Source: Ignavibacteriales bacterium (GTDB lineage: Bacteria; Bacteroidota; Ignavibacteria; UBA10030). Taken from it: a stretch of 64,000 nt of DNA. Where the stretch lies: the NCBI GenBank assembly GCA_016193365.1, contig JACPSI010000120.1, positions 2,640-66,639 on the forward strand. The letters are read 5' to 3'. A program made the translations under genes and the position numbers. Shown here piece after piece: positions 48,971 through 58,268 of this stretch (position 1 is the first letter of the stretch; every line of letters starts with the position of its first letter). Below the pieces are notes generated by a model, which did not search any database, was not told the origin of the DNA, and saw nothing but the letters and a program-made list of their open reading frames with translations.

Positions 48971-49852
48971 TTATGCGGCCGGTTCAAGCGGCCTCGCTAC
49001 CATAATCCCGATTTGTCTCTTATTTCCTGCAAGATAGTCTGCAAGCGGTTTTTCTGAAATCGTCACTTTCTTTCCTGCAAGCGGCGCATGGAGATAGTAT
49101 GCCTCACCGTTTCGGCGAATCACAACGCCGGTATGCGAAGTATCAAGGCCTTCAATGTCCGTGGTGATGCCGAGGATGTCGCCGTTGAGGAGTTTGCCGG
49201 ATATTCCTGCAACAAAATCCTTCGGAACATGGAACAATTCTCTCGCGTTGATTTCCTGCTCTTGTTGCTGAATTGTTTTCACGAATTCCGAGTTCTCTTT
49301 CAGCTGGAGATAGCTCTCTGGGTGCGTGGACATAAAATTGACCGTTTTGGCAAATCGCACGCCGCCGAGATCCTTCGTCACGTTCTTCCAGACACCCTTT
49401 TTTTCATTGTCATGAATGTAATCCGACGTGTAGTGCAGGCGGCTCGGGTATCGGTCGATTTTTCCGTTGCGATACCGGATAAACTGCAGTTCCGCCTTGT
49501 AGTCATCGAACGTCATCCTGTTTTTCTTAACGCACCGTGCAAACACCAGCGCGTTTTCGTAGAACGAGACACAGTCGAGCCCGCTCATGTTCACAATGAG
49601 CCGTTCTTCGCCCGGGACTTCAAGCGCATGTGCCACATACTCCGTCCCGACAAACGTCTTGCCTATTTCCACCACCACGTCGCCGATGGGTTTGTTGTGA
49701 AGCCCGAGAGAAACGGCAATCGCAAACTTGTTTTTGCAGATAAGCAAGTCGTCATCTTCGCCAAATCCAGTGAATCCCGGCCAGGGCGAGAGCGCCACAC
49801 CAGCAGGAAGTAAAGAAAGAAATGTTCTTCGTTTCATGGCAATAGTCCTCAA
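48971..49852 (-). CDS. secreted DUF1460-like protein (amidase / transglutaminase-like fold)
   Basis: Tat-like N-terminus [13 protein letters not shown]. Conserved Cys (SGLDCVSF). Separated from the macro gene by 2 nt. Confidence 0.5.
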   Translation of the reverse strand: MRTIAMKRRTFLSLLPAGVALSPWPGFTGFGEDDDLLICKNKFAIAVSLGLHNKPIGDVVVEIGKTFVGTEYVAHALEVPGEERLIVNMSGLDCVSFYENALVFARCVKKNRMTFDDYKAELQFIRYRNGKIDRYPSRLHYTSDYIHDNEKKGVWKNVTKDLGGVRFAKTVNFMSTHPESYLQLKENSEFVKTIQQQEQEINARELFHVPKDFVAGISGKLLNGDILGITTDIEGLDTSHTGVVIRRNGEAYYLHAPLAGKKVTISEKPLADYLAGNKRQIGIMVARPLEPAA

Positions 49853-50619
49853 AAATGTAGGCTTAACCCAATACTCAGCAACAACAATGAGAAATCAAAC
49901 TCCGAGACTGACGGATCATCGAACGTTCCTTGCTCGACGGTGATTCTGCCATCTATCTTTCCGATTTTCGCCACTGTATACCTCGCCTCCGCCGTCGCCC
50001 GGAATGAAGAAAACAAGGGAATCGAAACGCCCGTTCCGACACCGACAAACATTCTCGTTTTGGAGTAATCAGCAACGACGTTGTGGAACACGAACGTGCT
50101 GTCGGATTCGGCGTTCTTGACGGTTTGTGTGCCGAATGTTTTTGCCTGCGCAAAGGCACGCACGGACCCAGCCTCAACAAAAGCATACGCTTCTGCCTCA
50201 TACTCCAGCGGAGGAAAGAAGTATGCAACTCCGAGGGCTAAGTTTTCAGAACCCAGGGAACGCTCCAGAGCGAGGTCGTAGCGATCTCCATCTAAACTTC
50301 CATCGCCATGGAACCCGTTGTCAACCCGATTGCTGAAACGAAAATAGGAAACAAAGAGCCCAAAATCGCGATCATAACGGTAGGCAATCTTCGCAGTGAC
50401 AGTTCCCAGAGAGTTAAAGTGGTCAAATGGCGCCATGGAAAGTCCAAGCACACTGTTCCAGTTGAACACCGTTCGGTCGAGCGTACTATTTACACTTCCC
50501 ATGCTCATGATGCCCCGAGCGTAAGAACCCGACACGGAGAAAGTCCCTTCCTGGGCAATGAGGCACGTAAACGGAAGAAAGAGAATAATCGTTTTACTTG
50601 CGATTCTCATAGGTGACAT
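49849..50619 (-). CDS. outer-membrane beta-barrel protein (hypothetical)
   Basis: Signal peptide. Beta-strand periodicity. C-terminal LSLHF. Confidence 0.5.
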   Translation of the reverse strand: MSPMRIASKTIILFLPFTCLIAQEGTFSVSGSYARGIMSMGSVNSTLDRTVFNWNSVLGLSMAPFDHFNSLGTVTAKIAYRYDRDFGLFVSYFRFSNRVDNGFHGDGSLDGDRYDLALERSLGSENLALGVAYFFPPLEYEAEAYAFVEAGSVRAFAQAKTFGTQTVKNAESDSTFVFHNVVADYSKTRMFVGVGTGVSIPLFSSFRATAEARYTVAKIGKIDGRITVEQGTFDDPSVSEFDFSLLLLSIGLSLHF

Positions 50620-50641
50620 GTGTGGAGTCTCTTTGGAAACG

Positions 50642-51859
50642 TCACGCTTGCGTCGGCCTCGCTCTCAATGCCAGGCGCGCCAGCACAATGCTTGCGCCTG
50701 TAAGGATTGCCCCCAGTAACATCGCGGCTCCGGGGAAATACCCGAGGGGGTTCTTTGCCGTAAAGTACGCAAAAATTGTATTCATCATAGGTGGCCCGAT
50801 GATTGCCGTGAAACTTGCCATACTCGTGAATCCGCCCTGCAATTCGCCCTGTTCATTCGCCGGAACGATGCCTGACATGATTGCCTGGAGCGCGGGCCCC
50901 GCAATGCCTCCCAGGCAGTAGACAACAGTAAATGCAAACATCATCCAGCTTGACGCCGCAAAAGCAAATAACACAAAGCCGGCAGTATAAAAGCCCAGGC
51001 CAACATAGACACTCCGATGCTGACCCAGCCGAGGGATGATGATCCGGATGAGCCATCCTTGCACAACAGCAAATACAATTCCAACGACGCCGAGAGAAAT
51101 GCCGATCATGGATTCATCCCATTGGAACTTCTCAATGGTATAGTAGGCCCAGTTGCTTTGTACGGCATGTGCGGCAATGTACACGAGGGCGAGCGCAATA
51201 AAAAGTTCGACGATGACCGGATAGCGAAAAATGCTTATTAATGTTCCAACGGGATTGGCACGTCGCCAGTCAAACTGACGGCGGTTCTCGGGCTTCAGTG
51301 ACTCGGGCAGGATGAAAAAGCCGTAGAGCCAGTTAAGGATGGTCAGTGCCCCGGCTGCCATGAACGGGACGCGTGCGCCGAATCCTCCCAGCAACCCGCC
51401 GATAATAGGTCCGATAATGAAGCCAAGGCCGAATGCAGCTCCAATCATCCCGAAATTCTGCGCCCTGTTTTCCTTCGTGCTGATGTCGGCAATATACGCG
51501 CCCGCTGTTGTGAAGCTTGCCCCCATAACTCCGGCAATAATGCGGCCCAAGAACAGCCAACCGATTGTGGGAGCAAAAGCCAGGAACATATAATCGCAAC
51601 CGAAACCGAACAACGACGCAAGCAGGACGGGCCTTCGTCCGAAGCGGTCGCTCAGACCTCCGACGATCGGAGCGCAAAGAAACTGCACGATCGCGTACGC
51701 TGCTATCAGCAGGCCACCGTACTTCGCAGCCTCGCTGATGGTTCCGCCCGTCATCGATTGAATGAGCTTCGGCATAACAGGGATGATGATGCCAAACCCC
51801 GTGACATCAATGAGCAGAGTGATGAAGATGAATTTTAAAGCCGGCTGGCGCTGGGGCAT
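50642..51859 (-). CDS. MFS transporter, TetA/TCR-like efflux family
   Basis: 12 TM helices. Motif [16 protein letters not shown]-terminus [18 protein letters not shown] typical of TetA-like pumps. Confidence 0.85.
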   Translation of the reverse strand: MPQRQPALKFIFITLLIDVTGFGIIIPVMPKLIQSMTGGTISEAAKYGGLLIAAYAIVQFLCAPIVGGLSDRFGRRPVLLASLFGFGCDYMFLAFAPTIGWLFLGRIIAGVMGASFTTAGAYIADISTKENRAQNFGMIGAAFGLGFIIGPIIGGLLGGFGARVPFMAAGALTILNWLYGFFILPESLKPENRRQFDWRRANPVGTLISIFRYPVIVELFIALALVYIAAHAVQSNWAYYTIEKFQWDESMIGISLGVVGIVFAVVQGWLIRIIIPRLGQHRSVYVGLGFYTAGFVLFAFAASSWMMFAFTVVYCLGGIAGPALQAIMSGIVPANEQGELQGGFTSMASFTAIIGPPMMNTIFAYFTAKNPLGYFPGAAMLLGAILTGASIVLARLALRARPTQA

Positions 51860-51874
51860 GATTCTAAGCTAAGT

Positions 51875-52015
51875 GCGCGCTTCGACTCCGCTCAGCGCGA
51901 CTGATTGGTTCTTGTTGATTCCTCTTAAAAAAAATACAACTCGGTCCTATTGAAGAATGCTCTTGACGAGTGCACCCTTCGGCTCCGCTCATCCCGAGCG
52001 AAGTCGAGGGATGCT
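51875..52015. repeat. hairpin repeat family, copies R1 (51875-51901) and R2 (51971-52015)
   Basis: R1 is GCGCGC-TTCGACTCCGCTCA-GCGCGAC. R2 is cacccTTCGGCTCCGCTCA followed by the inverted unit CATCCC-GAGCGAAGTCGA-GGGATG. Both are flanked by TCTAAGCTA. Confidence 0.8.
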
Positions 52016-52020
52016 CTAAG

Positions 52021-52362
52021 CTACTTATTCCCCGGCTGTGATTCCTTTTCTTTAGGCTCCTTGTTTCTAAAATGCGTGGCGTTCTTACATTCGGCGAGCC
52101 AATGCAGCAGTTGGAAATCTCCATTCATCAATGCTTCTTTTTTCTTTCGTGTCCACTTCTTGATCTGCCGCTCAACATCGAATGCCTGGTCCCTATCAGG
52201 AAACTCATCCGACCAGAGCAACTTTACAGGACGTCGTGCTGCCGTGTAACCATCATACACACCGGCTTGATGCTGCTCAACGCGATGGTCCAGATCTACC
52301 GTGCTGCCGGTGTAGTAGGTTCCATCAGAACAGAGGAGAATGTAGACCCAGGCTTCAGACAT
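52021..52362 (-). CDS. GIY-YIG nuclease family protein (small YhbQ/COG2827-like)
   Basis: WVYILLCSDGTYYTGSTVDLDHRVEQHQ (GIY-x10-YIG with downstream Arg/Glu). 113 aa. Confidence 0.8.
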   Translation of the reverse strand: MSEAWVYILLCSDGTYYTGSTVDLDHRVEQHQAGVYDGYTAARRPVKLLWSDEFPDRDQAFDVERQIKKWTRKKKEALMNGDFQLLHWLAECKNATHFRNKEPKEKESQPGNK

Positions 52363-52376
52363 CAATTCACGCAGAG

Positions 52377-52601
52377 GGGCGCTTCGACTTCGCTCAGCGC
52401 GACCGGTTAGTTTTTGCGGTTTTCATGAGAAAAAAGAATCATCACGAGGGAGTCAGGCCTCCTCCAAGCTAGTGCACCCTTCGACTTCGCTCAGGGTGAC
52501 TTGTTACTTTTTTCTTTTAATAAACCAAACAAATGAAGAACATCCCGAGCGCCTGCCCGCCTTATTGAACTTCAAGGCAGGCGGGGAGTCGAGGGATGTT
52601 C
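52377..52601. repeat. hairpin repeat family, copies R3 (52379-52403), R4 (52474-52500) and R5 (52537-52601)
   Basis: R3 is GCGC-TTCGACTTCGCTCA-GCGCGAC. R4 is CACCCT-TCGACTTCGCTC-AGGGTGAC. R5 is GAACATCCC-GAGCG-[CGCCTGCC-N18-GGCAGGCG]-GGGAGTCGA-GGGATGTTC, the R2-type unit with a second hairpin nested in its loop. Confidence 0.8.
52537..52601 (-). terminator. probable intrinsic terminator of dnaB, built from repeat copy R5
   Basis: Long composite hairpin 18 nt after the dnaB stop codon. Followed on the minus strand by TTCATTTGTTTGGTTTATT. Confidence 0.5.
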
Positions 52602-52618
52602 CCGTGACGAGGTTTTTT

Positions 52619-54046
52619 CTAGAACGGCGTCTCCGGGCCTTCGGGCGGCATCAACATATCGACACTCAGTGGCTTGTAGCTTTCAAACCTCGCGTATTGC
52701 TTGATGAAGGAAACTTTCACGGAGTCTGTCGGCCCGTTGCGCTGCTTACCAATGATAATCTGCGCGAGCCCTTCTGTCGGTTCCCCGTCTTCCTCCGTGA
52801 TACCATACATTTCCGGGCGATGCACAAACATCACCACGTCGGCATCCTGCTCGATCGCTCCGGATTCACGCAAATCGGCAAGGGCGGGACGCTTGTCGCT
52901 CCGGTTCTCCACAGCGCGGTTTAACTGCGAAAGCGCTATGACAGGAACATTGATTTCCTTTGCCAGCGCCTTGAGTGAGCGCGAGATAGCCGAGATTTCC
53001 TGCTCACGGCTCGGCGCCGCTTTCGGCCCCTGCATAAGTTGCAGATAGTCGACAACGATCATGTCGATGTTGTGTTCTGCCTTCAGCCTTCTTGCTTTCG
53101 CTCGCAACTCGAGAATGCCCAGGGAGGGTGTGTCGTCGATAAAGATTTTTGCCTTGTACAGTCTTCCAACGCTCGTGCTGAGCTTGCGCCATTCGTCTTC
53201 GGGGAGGCGCCCCGTCCGTACTTTATGCGCGTCAACTCTTGCCTCGGCGCAAATCAAGCGCATGACCAGTTGCTGATTAGACATTTCCAGGCTGAAAAAG
53301 CCGACGGACTTGTCATGCAAGACAGACGCGTTGCGGGCAAGAGAAAGCACAAGCGCGGTTTTTCCCTGGCTGGGTCGTCCGGCAACGATAATGAGGTCGG
53401 AGTTTTGAAATCCTCCGGTCAGGTTGTCCAAATCGGCAAATCCGGACGGTACGCCCGTCACGCCGCTATGTTTGCCGTGGATACTTTGTAAAAGCTCCAT
53501 CGTGCTGTGGACGGCGGTGTTCATCGAGACGAAGCTTTTCTTCATCCGTTGTTCGGAGATGTCGAAAATCCGCTGCTCGGCGTTGTCCAATAAATCGAGA
53601 GCATCCTCCGAATCGCTGAACGCCCTGCCGATCACTTCCGAAGACGTCGCTATCAGCTGACGCATCAAAGCCTTCTCGAGTATGATGTGGGCGTGGAATT
53701 CCACATTCGCCCCGCTCGTGACTTTCCCGGTCAGCTCGGTGAGATAATACTCTCCGCCGATTTTTTCCAGCTCCCCGCGCCTTCGCAACTCTTCGCTCAG
53801 TGTGATCAAGTCCACTGGCTCGCTGCGCTCGAAAAGGCCGATCATTGCTTTGAAGATGCTCGTGTGCGCGGGCTTGTAGAAAACATTCTCGTTCAACACT
53901 TCCAACGCCTTGCCGATGGCTTCTTTTTCCAGAAGCATGGCTCCGAGCACGGCCATTTCAATGTCCATCGCTTGCGGAGGGACACGGCCTTCGGTGGAGA
54001 TCGAAGGGATGGTGTTGAGGTCAAAAATCTTGCGTGGTTCTGCCAT
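52619..54046 (-). CDS. dnaB: replicative DNA helicase DnaB
   Basis: N-terminal PQAMDIEMAVLGAML. Walker A GRPSQGKTAL. Walker B IDMIVVDYLQLM. 475 aa. Confidence 0.9.
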   Translation of the reverse strand: MAEPRKIFDLNTIPSISTEGRVPPQAMDIEMAVLGAMLLEKEAIGKALEVLNENVFYKPAHTSIFKAMIGLFERSEPVDLITLSEELRRRGELEKIGGEYYLTELTGKVTSGANVEFHAHIILEKALMRQLIATSSEVIGRAFSDSEDALDLLDNAEQRIFDISEQRMKKSFVSMNTAVHSTMELLQSIHGKHSGVTGVPSGFADLDNLTGGFQNSDLIIVAGRPSQGKTALVLSLARNASVLHDKSVGFFSLEMSNQQLVMRLICAEARVDAHKVRTGRLPEDEWRKLSTSVGRLYKAKIFIDDTPSLGILELRAKARRLKAEHNIDMIVVDYLQLMQGPKAAPSREQEISAISRSLKALAKEINVPVIALSQLNRAVENRSDKRPALADLRESGAIEQDADVVMFVHRPEMYGITEEDGEPTEGLAQIIIGKQRNGPTDSVKVSFIKQYARFESYKPLSVDMLMPPEGPETPF

Positions 54047-54100
54047 TTGAAAACTCCTGATTCGCTTTTCCCCGACGTGGAGATCGGCGTATTTATAGAA

Positions 54101-55264
54101 TTAGTCTATTAACGGCGCAATCCATAACCCGATCATGTAGGTGATTACGGCTTCACCGAGCCCGACAAGTGTCATTTCCGTCCCGCTCTTGAGCCATGAG
54201 CGACCGGTGACGACGACTTTCGAGGCTCCGACGATGAAATGTGCAACGGTGCTCACGATGAACGAGATGCCTAGCGCCGTCATGCCTGTCCAGAAAATAA
54301 ACGGCAGCACCGGCACCATTGCTCCCACTGCTGTGGAGATCGTTGCGCTCGCCGCTGCGCTCCAGGGCTTGGGGAAAGACTGCTCGGAGAGTCCCAGCTC
54401 CTCGTGCGCCAGTGTTTTCAGCATGTGGTCGGGCTCTTTCGCCAGCCGTGCAACCATCCGCTTCGCTTCCTTCGGCGAAAATCCCTTCAACTGGTAAAAC
54501 AACTCCAACTCTTCCTTTTCTTCCTCCGGGTTTTCCTCGATTTCTTTTTTCTCGCGTTCCAGTTCCGCTTGATATACCTCTCGCTCCGATTTTGTTGCAA
54601 GGTAAGCCCCACTCCCCATCGAGAGCGCAGAAGCAATGGCTGCCGCAAAACCGCTCAAAAGCACAAACTCGCTGTTGGTGTTCGTCGCTCCCGCCACACC
54701 GCTCACGACGCCAAATGCAGCGCCGAGGCCGTCATTGACGCCGTAAATCGCCTGGCCAATCCAGCCCCCGGCACGCACATGCCATTTCTCCCGACGGAAA
54801 ATCGAATCGAGCCTGCTTTGCGGATGGTGCGGGGGGTGGCCTCGGCCATCCAGCATTTCTTCGAGCATCAGGCTGTGCGCTTTTTCTTCCTTTTGGAATT
54901 CGAGAATTGCCTTCTTATCTGCCTTGCTTTCGGTCTGTGCCAGCATCGTTTCATAAAGAGCGTCAGCCCCCGCTTCACCGGCTTCGAGCATCTGCGCCGC
55001 GACGTCTGGAGAGCTTTTTAACATCATCCACCGACGGGCGCGCTCGGCCAGCGTTTCAGAAAATTCTCCCGGGTGAGCACTGAGGTCCTTCAAGCGTTGA
55101 GCCCACCGCGCAGCGTGTTTGTCCTCGGCATCGGCCATTTTCAGCAAAATAGATTTCCGGCGACTATCGCGTTCCTTCGCAGCAAGGGCACGGTAGTTTG
55201 CAGCGCTGAGCATTTCGTCGCGCCAGGCTTGCTTCAGGTTTTGGATGTAAGAGCTGTTGTTCAT
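54101..55264 (-). CDS. membrane-bound ferritin-like protein (N-terminal erythrin/ferritin-like domain fused to VIT1/CCC1 iron-transporter domain; MbfA-like)
   Basis: N-terminal four-helix ferritin-like E-x-x-H pairs (EDKHAARW; EEKAHSLMLEEM). C-terminal VIT-family TM domain (GVNDGLGAAFGVVSGVAGA). Confidence 0.7.
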   Translation of the reverse strand: MNNSSYIQNLKQAWRDEMLSAANYRALAAKERDSRRKSILLKMADAEDKHAARWAQRLKDLSAHPGEFSETLAERARRWMMLKSSPDVAAQMLEAGEAGADALYETMLAQTESKADKKAILEFQKEEKAHSLMLEEMLDGRGHPPHHPQSRLDSIFRREKWHVRAGGWIGQAIYGVNDGLGAAFGVVSGVAGATNTNSEFVLLSGFAAAIASALSMGSGAYLATKSEREVYQAELEREKKEIEENPEEEKEELELFYQLKGFSPKEAKRMVARLAKEPDHMLKTLAHEELGLSEQSFPKPWSAAASATISTAVGAMVPVLPFIFWTGMTALGISFIVSTVAHFIVGASKVVVTGRSWLKSGTEMTLVGLGEAVITYMIGLWIAPLID

Positions 55265-55301
55265 CTACCTTAGACCGATACGGGACCTGCGTTCCACAGA
55301 A

Positions 55302-55913
55302 TCAGAATGCTGACTTTGTTGTATATCCTTTGGGAACTTCGAATTTTTCGGGAGGAACTTTCGCGTTTTCCTCCAGCTTGACAGCCTGGGCGATCGTCTG
55401 CATTCCCCCTCCTGTGACATCCGAAAAAAGGCAGATGCCGTTCCAGCCTGCATACACCATGGCTGAAGAACTCTGCTTGTATTCATACGCATCGCAGATT
55501 CTTCCCGCGACGGTTTTCGACCCTAATTTCTTAGCAATTCCTGCTTTCTTATCCTTCTCTGAGACTTCACTCCAGTCCACCTTCAACTCGGTTCCGGCTG
55601 ATGCAGGCCCGGAGAAGTACGCAGTCTTTTGTTCATGAATGACCTTCACCAAATCTTTGCCGTTGCTAAAAAAAGATTCTGTTAGCACTTCGTTTTCGAA
55701 GGTCTCCTTGCATTCCTTCATTCCGTAGTCGTCAAAGTAGACGATATGTTTGCTCTTCTGAAAGAATTTCCCGCCCATTTTCATATCCTGTTCGAACGTA
55801 ACGATCCCCGATTTGATTCCGTATTTCTTAACCTGAGAGTGTGCTGGGGCTGTCGACAACACAACCAGAGATATAACGATAACATTTCTAAGCGTGACCT
55901 TCGCGATGTTCAT
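55302..55913 (-). CDS. hypothetical secreted protein
   Basis: Signal peptide MNIAKVTLRNVIVISLVVLSTAPAHSQ. No recognisable family. Confidence 0.5.
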   Translation of the reverse strand: MNIAKVTLRNVIVISLVVLSTAPAHSQVKKYGIKSGIVTFEQDMKMGGKFFQKSKHIVYFDDYGMKECKETFENEVLTESFFSNGKDLVKVIHEQKTAYFSGPASAGTELKVDWSEVSEKDKKAGIAKKLGSKTVAGRICDAYEYKQSSSAMVYAGWNGICLFSDVTGGGMQTIAQAVKLEENAKVPPEKFEVPKGYTTKSAF

Positions 55914-55986
55914 AGCATTGGCTCCTTTATTTGTCGGTTGAAGGCGGACAAACCTGCGTACCGAAGAAATTTCGATTCAGCGGGAA

Positions 55987-56029
55987 AACCTTCCGAAGGT
56001 CCTGAGAACACGATGAAACCTTCGGAAGG
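55987..56029. repeat. pair of 13-bp palindromes ACCTTC-S-GAAGGT spaced 30 bp apart, downstream of the UDG gene
   Basis: ACCTTCCGAAGGT at 55987-55999 and ACCTTCGGAAGGT at 56017-56029. The second is the exact reverse complement of the first. Confidence 0.85.
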
Positions 56030-56032
56030 TCA

Positions 56033-56839
56033 TCATTTTTTCATCTCGTCGTACATCTTCCGGAACACCTGGACATCTTCCCACGTTGGCCGCTTCCAGT
56101 TCGGGTTGCGAAGCAGTGCAGCGGGGTGATACGTCACCATGAGTTTGATGCCATGGTATTCGTGCACTTTTCCGCGTAACTGGGAGAGCGAGGCATTCGT
56201 TTTCATCAACACCTGCGCAGCAATGCGGCCCAGGCAGAGGATCAATTTCGGTTTGATAATCTCGAGCTGCCTCCAGAGGTGCGGCTCGCACGCGTCGATT
56301 TCTTCCGGCTGGGGGTCTCTGTTGTTCGGCGGGCGGCATTTCAGGATATTGCAGATATACACTTCCTCGCGCTTGAACCGGATCGCTTCCAGTATCTTGT
56401 TCAACAGTTGCCCCGCCCTGCCGACAAATGGCTCGCCCTGGGCGTCTTCGTCCGCACCCGGCGCTTCGCCGACGATCACGATTTCTGCTTTGGGGTTTCC
56501 AACGCCGAACACAAACTTTGTGCGGGTAAACCCCAACGGACATTTCGTGCAGTTGCAGATGAGCCGGTTGAGTTCATCCAGGCTTTGTGCGGCAACCCAT
56601 GGCTCGTTGGGATACCGGAAAACCGCCGGCTCCGACACTTTTTTGACAGAGGCTTCGACACGGTTTCCAAACAAATCGACCTCTGACTTTTCTGCGACAG
56701 CGGGCGTCGGAGAGGGAGTTTTCACTCCGGCCTCAGGCTTTCCGACAAAGACGATATCGCCATACAGTTCTTTCTCCTGCTTAAGGTACTTTTCAGCGTT
56801 GGAAAGGATTTCGTCGAATTCTTCTTGCGGGGTGGGCAT
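56033..56839 (-). CDS. uracil-DNA glycosylase, family 4 (UdgA type, 4Fe-4S)
   Basis: GEAPGADED (GEAPG motif), CTKCPLG cysteine cluster, ILKCRPP, HPAALLRNP. Confidence 0.85.
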   Translation of the reverse strand: MPTPQEEFDEILSNAEKYLKQEKELYGDIVFVGKPEAGVKTPSPTPAVAEKSEVDLFGNRVEASVKKVSEPAVFRYPNEPWVAAQSLDELNRLICNCTKCPLGFTRTKFVFGVGNPKAEIVIVGEAPGADEDAQGEPFVGRAGQLLNKILEAIRFKREEVYICNILKCRPPNNRDPQPEEIDACEPHLWRQLEIIKPKLILCLGRIAAQVLMKTNASLSQLRGKVHEYHGIKLMVTYHPAALLRNPNWKRPTWEDVQVFRKMYDEMKK

Positions 56840-56880
56840 GGAAACCGTAGGTCGGCATTTAATGCCGGGCTACATGTTGC

Positions 56881-57000
56881 GTTGTAGTCTTGTTAAACCT
56901 TCCGAAGGTTCGCCGTGGAAGACTCCCGGAGTCTCACAGAGACGATGCGCTTGTAAGACTCCGGGAGTCTCATCCTTACCTTCGGAAGGGCAATTACAAC
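56881..57000. repeat. nested palindromic element upstream of the UDG gene: GTTGTA...ACCTTCCGAAGGT...AGACTCCCGGAGTCTCA...AGACTCCGGGAGTCTCA...ACCTTCGGAAGGG...TACAAC
   Basis: Read from the sequence. ACCTTC-S-GAAGG at 56897-56909 and 56978-56990. GACTCC-S-GGAGTC at 56920-56936 and 56956-56972. Outer GTTGTA/TACAAC. Confidence 0.8.
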
Positions 57001-58268
57001 AGTTTTTTCACTCTGTCCAGAATCTCGTTTGCCACGTCGAATTTCGACAGCTTCGGGAGTTTCTGGACTTTTCCTTTTTTGTCGATAAATGTCACGGCGT
57101 TGGCGTCCGACCCGAAAACATCGGCGGATTCTCTGAGAGAATTCAGGACAACCAGGTCCATGTTCTTCTTTCTCACTTTTGCTTTTGCGTTGCTCAGCTC
57201 GTTTTCCGTTTCAAGCGCAAACCCGACGACGACGTGGCCGTTTTTTGTTTTACCCACCGACTCGAGAATATCGACGGTCGGCGCAAGTTTCAGCTCCGGG
57301 ATACTGGTTGCACCATTCTTCTTAATCTTGTTTTTCGCCTGTTTTTCCGGCGCAAAGTCTGCAACTGCGGCAGCCATGATGATCGCATCAGCCTTTTTTG
57401 CGCGGGCAGCGACAGCTTCGTGCATTTGTTGTGCCGATTCAACGTTGATCCGCTCCACGTTGCGCGGTGTTTCCAGTGCAACGGGTCCGCTGACGAGTGT
57501 TACCCGAGCTCCCCGCAAGGCCGCCGCGTTGGCGATGGCAAATCCCATTTTCCCCGAGGAACGGTTTCCGATAAATCGCACGGGGTCAATCGCCTCATAC
57601 GTCGGTCCCGCCGTCACAAGAATATGCTTCTTCTGCAGATCCTGGTTCGTCTTGCGCAGCACATCCTCAACAAATGCGATGATGGGCTCGATGTCGGGCA
57701 AACGTCCCGGGCCTTTCAAACCGCTGGCGTGTTCCCCCTCGGGCGAAGGAATAACGAAATACCCGCGCTCCCTTAACAATGACAGGTTCTTCTGCGTTAT
57801 CTCGCTCAGAAACATGTCCGCGTCCATCGTCGGCGCAAGGACGATGGGCCTGGTGCAGGCGAGGGCAACAACGGTGAGAAAATTATCCGCCAATCCGTGC
57901 GTCAGCTTGGCGACCGAATTGGCCGACGCAGGAGCGATCAACAGAATGTCCGCCCATTGTGCAAGGTCGATGTGCCTCGTGCCGATGTCGGACTTTGTGT
58001 CCTGATTCGTCATCCAGAGGTCCGTGTAAACATCGTGGCCGGAGAGTGCAGAAAATGTCATCGGCGTGACAAACTTTGTGGCCGAATGCGTCATGATGAC
58101 CTTGACGTCTGCGCCGGCACGCTTCATCTCACGCACAAGGTAGCAGCATTTGTACGCCGCAATTCCGCCGGTCACTCCGAGCGCTATGTGCTTTCCTTTC
58201 AGCACGAGTTCTGTTACTCGGTTTCCTCTTCTTTTGGTTTTACTTCTTCGACTTCTTTGTACCGCCAT
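56994..58268 (-). CDS. coaBC: bifunctional phosphopantothenoylcysteine decarboxylase / phosphopantothenate-cysteine ligase
   Basis: LKGKHIALGVTGGIAAYK flavoprotein motif at the N-terminus. C-terminal CoaB domain. The true start is probably near 58205 (GTG), avoiding a 55-nt overlap with the upstream gene. Confidence 0.85.
   Translation of the reverse strand: MAVQRSRRSKTKRRGNRVTELVLKGKHIALGVTGGIAAYKCCYLVREMKRAGADVKVIMTHSATKFVTPMTFSALSGHDVYTDLWMTNQDTKSDIGTRHIDLAQWADILLIAPASANSVAKLTHGLADNFLTVVALACTRPIVLAPTMDADMFLSEITQKNLSLLRERGYFVIPSPEGEHASGLKGPGRLPDIEPIIAFVEDVLRKTNQDLQKKHILVTAGPTYEAIDPVRFIGNRSSGKMGFAIANAAALRGARVTLVSGPVALETPRNVERINVESAQQMHEAVAARAKKADAIIMAAAVADFAPEKQAKNKIKKNGATSIPELKLAPTVDILESVGKTKNGHVVVGFALETENELSNAKAKVRKKNMDLVVLNSLRESADVFGSDANAVTFIDKKGKVQKLPKLSKFDVANEILDRVKKLL

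Noticed and set aside
51875-52601. Tiny ORFs encoding ..FDFAQGD.. / ..LRSAQRD.. peptides
   Set aside because: These are translations of the hairpin repeat units, not genes.
54404-55021. 205-aa plus-strand ORF
   Set aside because: Lies entirely antisense within the MbfA-like gene. Low-complexity Arg/Leu-rich translation. Shadow ORF.
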